A stretch of DNA of 64,000 nucleotides from an uncultured delta proteobacterium (GTDB lineage Bacteria > Myxococcota > Myxococcia > SLRQ01), in the NCBI GenBank assembly GCA_963727485.1, contig CAVSGM010000001.1:736001-800000 (forward strand), written 5' to 3'. Positions 61,828 through 64,000 of this stretch are shown here, piece after piece (positions within the stretch are counted from its first letter, which is position 1; each line of letters begins with the position of its first letter). A program made the translations under genes and the position numbers. Under the pieces are notes generated by a model, which worked only from the letters and a program-made list of their open reading frames with translations, did not search any database and was not told where the DNA came from.

Positions 61828-63249
61828 CTACTCCACGGTGATCCCGTTGGTGACCACCCAGGGGAAGGCGTGGAGGTAGGGATCCGGGTCCGGGCCCATC
61901 CACTTCTCGAGGTGGGTGGGCGTGAGGTCCACCTCCTCGTAGTACATCCCCGGGCCCGGGACCTTCACCGTGAGGTCGCCGTGGCCTTTGGCCAGGGTCG
62001 TGGCCACCGGGGCGTCGGCGGTCCCGGTCACCCGGTAGACGGTCACCGTGACCTTGGGCGCCGGCCCGCCCTGGGCGAAGCCCCCGAGGCAGGTGGGCCG
62101 GGCCGCGTGGAGGGTGAGGCCGGTGGCGCCCTGGACCACGTCGCCGATGCCGAAGGTGTCGCCACCCCGGGTCAGGGAGAGGTCGACGCCGCTCGGGGTC
62201 CCGAAGACCTCGAAGGCGAGGTAGGCGCGCCGGGCCCGGAGCGCCCGGTCGAGGGTCACCGGCGAGAGGGCCCCGCGGATCCAGAGGTGGTTGGAGAACC
62301 ACCGCATCAGGCGCCGGTAGCTGTCCCCCCGCTCTCCGTCGGCGAGGACCTGGGGGATGATGTTCTCGTGGGCGTCGGTGGCGGCGTAGCCCAGGGTGGG
62401 GCGGTCCATCGACACCGCGTACCAGCGGTCGACCTCGGCGTCGAAGAGGCGGAAGAAGCCGAGGAAGGCGAGGTCGGGGATGCCGGCCTTCTTGGGGGTG
62501 AGCACGAAGGGCGCCAGGGCGGTGAGGGCCCCGGTGCTGCTCACGCCCAGGTAGTCCTTGCGGATGTTCGGATCGACGTTGGCGTGGAGGTTGTAGATCT
62601 CGGTGGCGTCGAGCTTCAGGGCCCGGATGCTCTCCACCGAGTGCTCCTCGGGGTGGCTCTGGGCCACCAGGCCACCGGCGACGCGGATCCGGGAGGCCAG
62701 GTAGGGGTCGTGGCCGTCGTAGACGCCGGTGTTCGCCGAGGGGGCGGCGGCAAGGGGGTGGTGGAGGGCGAAGCCGATGAGCGCGCCCTCGAAGCCCGCC
62801 TCCACCAGGATCCGGTGCCCGGAAGGACAAATCCACCAGGCGGCGTGGTCGCCGGCGGGGACGTCGTGGCCACGCATGAGCAACAGGCTCCCGAAGGGCT
62901 GGCTGGCCATCCACGACGGGTGGTCGGTGAGGAGCAGGAAGTCCTGCTTCGTCTCGCAGGCCCCGTCCCGGAGATCCTGGAGGCAGGCCTCGTCGATCTT
63001 GCCGTCGCCGAGGTAGCCCTTCTTGTCGCAGGCGTCGTGGGAGTAGGGGCTGTGCAGGTGCATGATGCCCCGGACCTCGTGCCGGCCCCGCAGGGTCGGG
63101 AGCGCGTCGGTGGACGGGAGGCCCGGGTTCCAGGTCGTGGGCCCCGAGGGCGTGGCGCCATCGCTGCCGCCGTCGACCGGGCCGGTGGCGGCGCGGGTGC
63201 AGCCGGTGACGGCGACGAGGAAGAGGGCGGCGAGGCAGGAAGGGCGCAT
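61828..63249 (-). CDS. Lipoprotein with PHP-like metallohydrolase domain
   Basis: Lipobox [33 protein letters not shown]. Confidence 0.75.
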   Translation of the reverse strand: MRPSCLAALFLVAVTGCTRAATGPVDGGSDGATPSGPTTWNPGLPSTDALPTLRGRHEVRGIMHLHSPYSHDACDKKGYLGDGKIDEACLQDLRDGACETKQDFLLLTDHPSWMASQPFGSLLLMRGHDVPAGDHAAWWICPSGHRILVEAGFEGALIGFALHHPLAAAPSANTGVYDGHDPYLASRIRVAGGLVAQSHPEEHSVESIRALKLDATEIYNLHANVDPNIRKDYLGVSSTGALTALAPFVLTPKKAGIPDLAFLGFFRLFDAEVDRWYAVSMDRPTLGYAATDAHENIIPQVLADGERGDSYRRLMRWFSNHLWIRGALSPVTLDRALRARRAYLAFEVFGTPSGVDLSLTRGGDTFGIGDVVQGATGLTLHAARPTCLGGFAQGGPAPKVTVTVYRVTGTADAPVATTLAKGHGDLTVKVPGPGMYYEEVDLTPTHLEKWMGPDPDPYLHAFPWVVTNGITVE

Positions 63250-63290
63250 GGCCCTGGAACATAGCAGGACCCTGGCCTACCTTGCCGCAC

Positions 63291-64000
63291 ATGTCCCGAC
63301 TCCCCCCCGGCGCCTCCGCCCGCGACGACGAACTCCAGGCCCGCCTCGACGCCGCCACCGGCGCCGCCCCGGCCCGCACCCGCCACCTCGACGACGCCGG
63401 CCGCCCGGTCTTCGTCAACCGCCTGGTCGAGGCCCAGAGCCCCTACCTGCTCCAGCACGCCCACAACCCGGTGGACTGGTGGCCCTGGGGCGACGCCGCC
63501 TTCGCCGAGGCGAGGCGCCGGGACGTCCCGGTCTTCCTCTCGGTGGGCTACGCCACCTGCCACTGGTGCCACGTCATGGAGCACGAGAGCTTCGAGGACC
63601 TGGCGGTGGCAGAGAGGCTCAACGCCGGCTTCGTCCCGGTGAAGGTCGACCGGGAGGCGCGTCCGGACGTGGACTCGGTCTACATGATGGCGGTGCAGGC
63701 GCTGACCGGGCAGGGGGGGTGGCCCATGAGCGTGTGGCTCGACCCCGCGAGCCGGGAGCCCTTCTTTGCGGGCACCTACTTCCCCCCCGACGACCGCTGG
63801 GGGCGGCCGGGCTTCCCCACGCTGCTGGCGCGGATCACCGAGCTGTGGGCGGGCGACCGGGAGAAGGTCCTGGCCCAGGGCCGGGAGCTCGCCCAGGCGG
63901 TGCGCGCCGAGCTCTCGCTCCCCTCGGCGGACATGCCGGTGCGCCCGGACGTCTCGGCCCTCGACGCCGCCGCCGCCTACTACCACCACGCCTTCGATCC
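63291..64000 (+). CDS. Thioredoxin-domain protein YyaL/DUF255 (SPATA20-like), 3'-partial; absent from the ORF track
   Basis: Manual translation: [58 protein letters not shown]. Confidence 0.95.
   Translation, partial: MSRLPPGASARDDELQARLDAATGAAPARTRHLDDAGRPVFVNRLVEAQSPYLLQHAHNPVDWWPWGDAAFAEARRRDVPVFLSVGYATCHWCHVMEHESFEDLAVAERLNAGFVPVKVDREARPDVDSVYMMAVQALTGQGGWPMSVWLDPASREPFFAGTYFPPDDRWGRPGFPTLLARITELWAGDREKVLAQGRELAQAVRAELSLPSADMPVRPDVSALDAAAAYYHHAFD

Overview
Very GC-rich bacterial chromosome segment. Gene content points to Myxococcota: a Pph1-like PP2C phosphatase, myxobacterial PilZ and DUF4388 proteins, and a REC-DUF4388-TPR protein. About 56 protein genes were found, and no rRNA, tRNA or CRISPR array. 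Housekeeping genes (trmL, tsaD, rsmA, dnaE, argS, tam, cobB, acnA, phosphomutase, desaturase) are interspersed with three accessory modules. (1) An HUH/RAYT-type tyrosine transposase sits behind a PafBC/RecA-NDp-like promoter, next to a ~53-bp hairpin repeat that recurs at 11.3, 16.0 and 30.5 kb. (2) A five-gene cassette (25.6-30.5 kb) encodes lipoprotein, ECF sigma, zinc anti-sigma, secreted caspase-like protease with a beta-barrel-like tail, and a paralogous lipoprotein. (3) An island (45-54 kb) has a PilZ-fused sigma54 activator divergent from a clear -24/-12 promoter. That promoter precedes a SpoIIE-like gene, a PilZ/acyltransferase-like gene and a ThiF-nitroreductase (Rv1355c/OxzB type), making a candidate c-di-GMP-controlled acyl-oxazolone biosynthesis and signalling system. 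Many genes appear leaderless, and argS is of the Thermus/Deinococcus type. Scattered frameshifts, including one in essential argS, suggest uncorrected long-read indels. They are very dense at 47-56 kb, so gene models there are approximate. All family calls come from motif recognition, not database searches.
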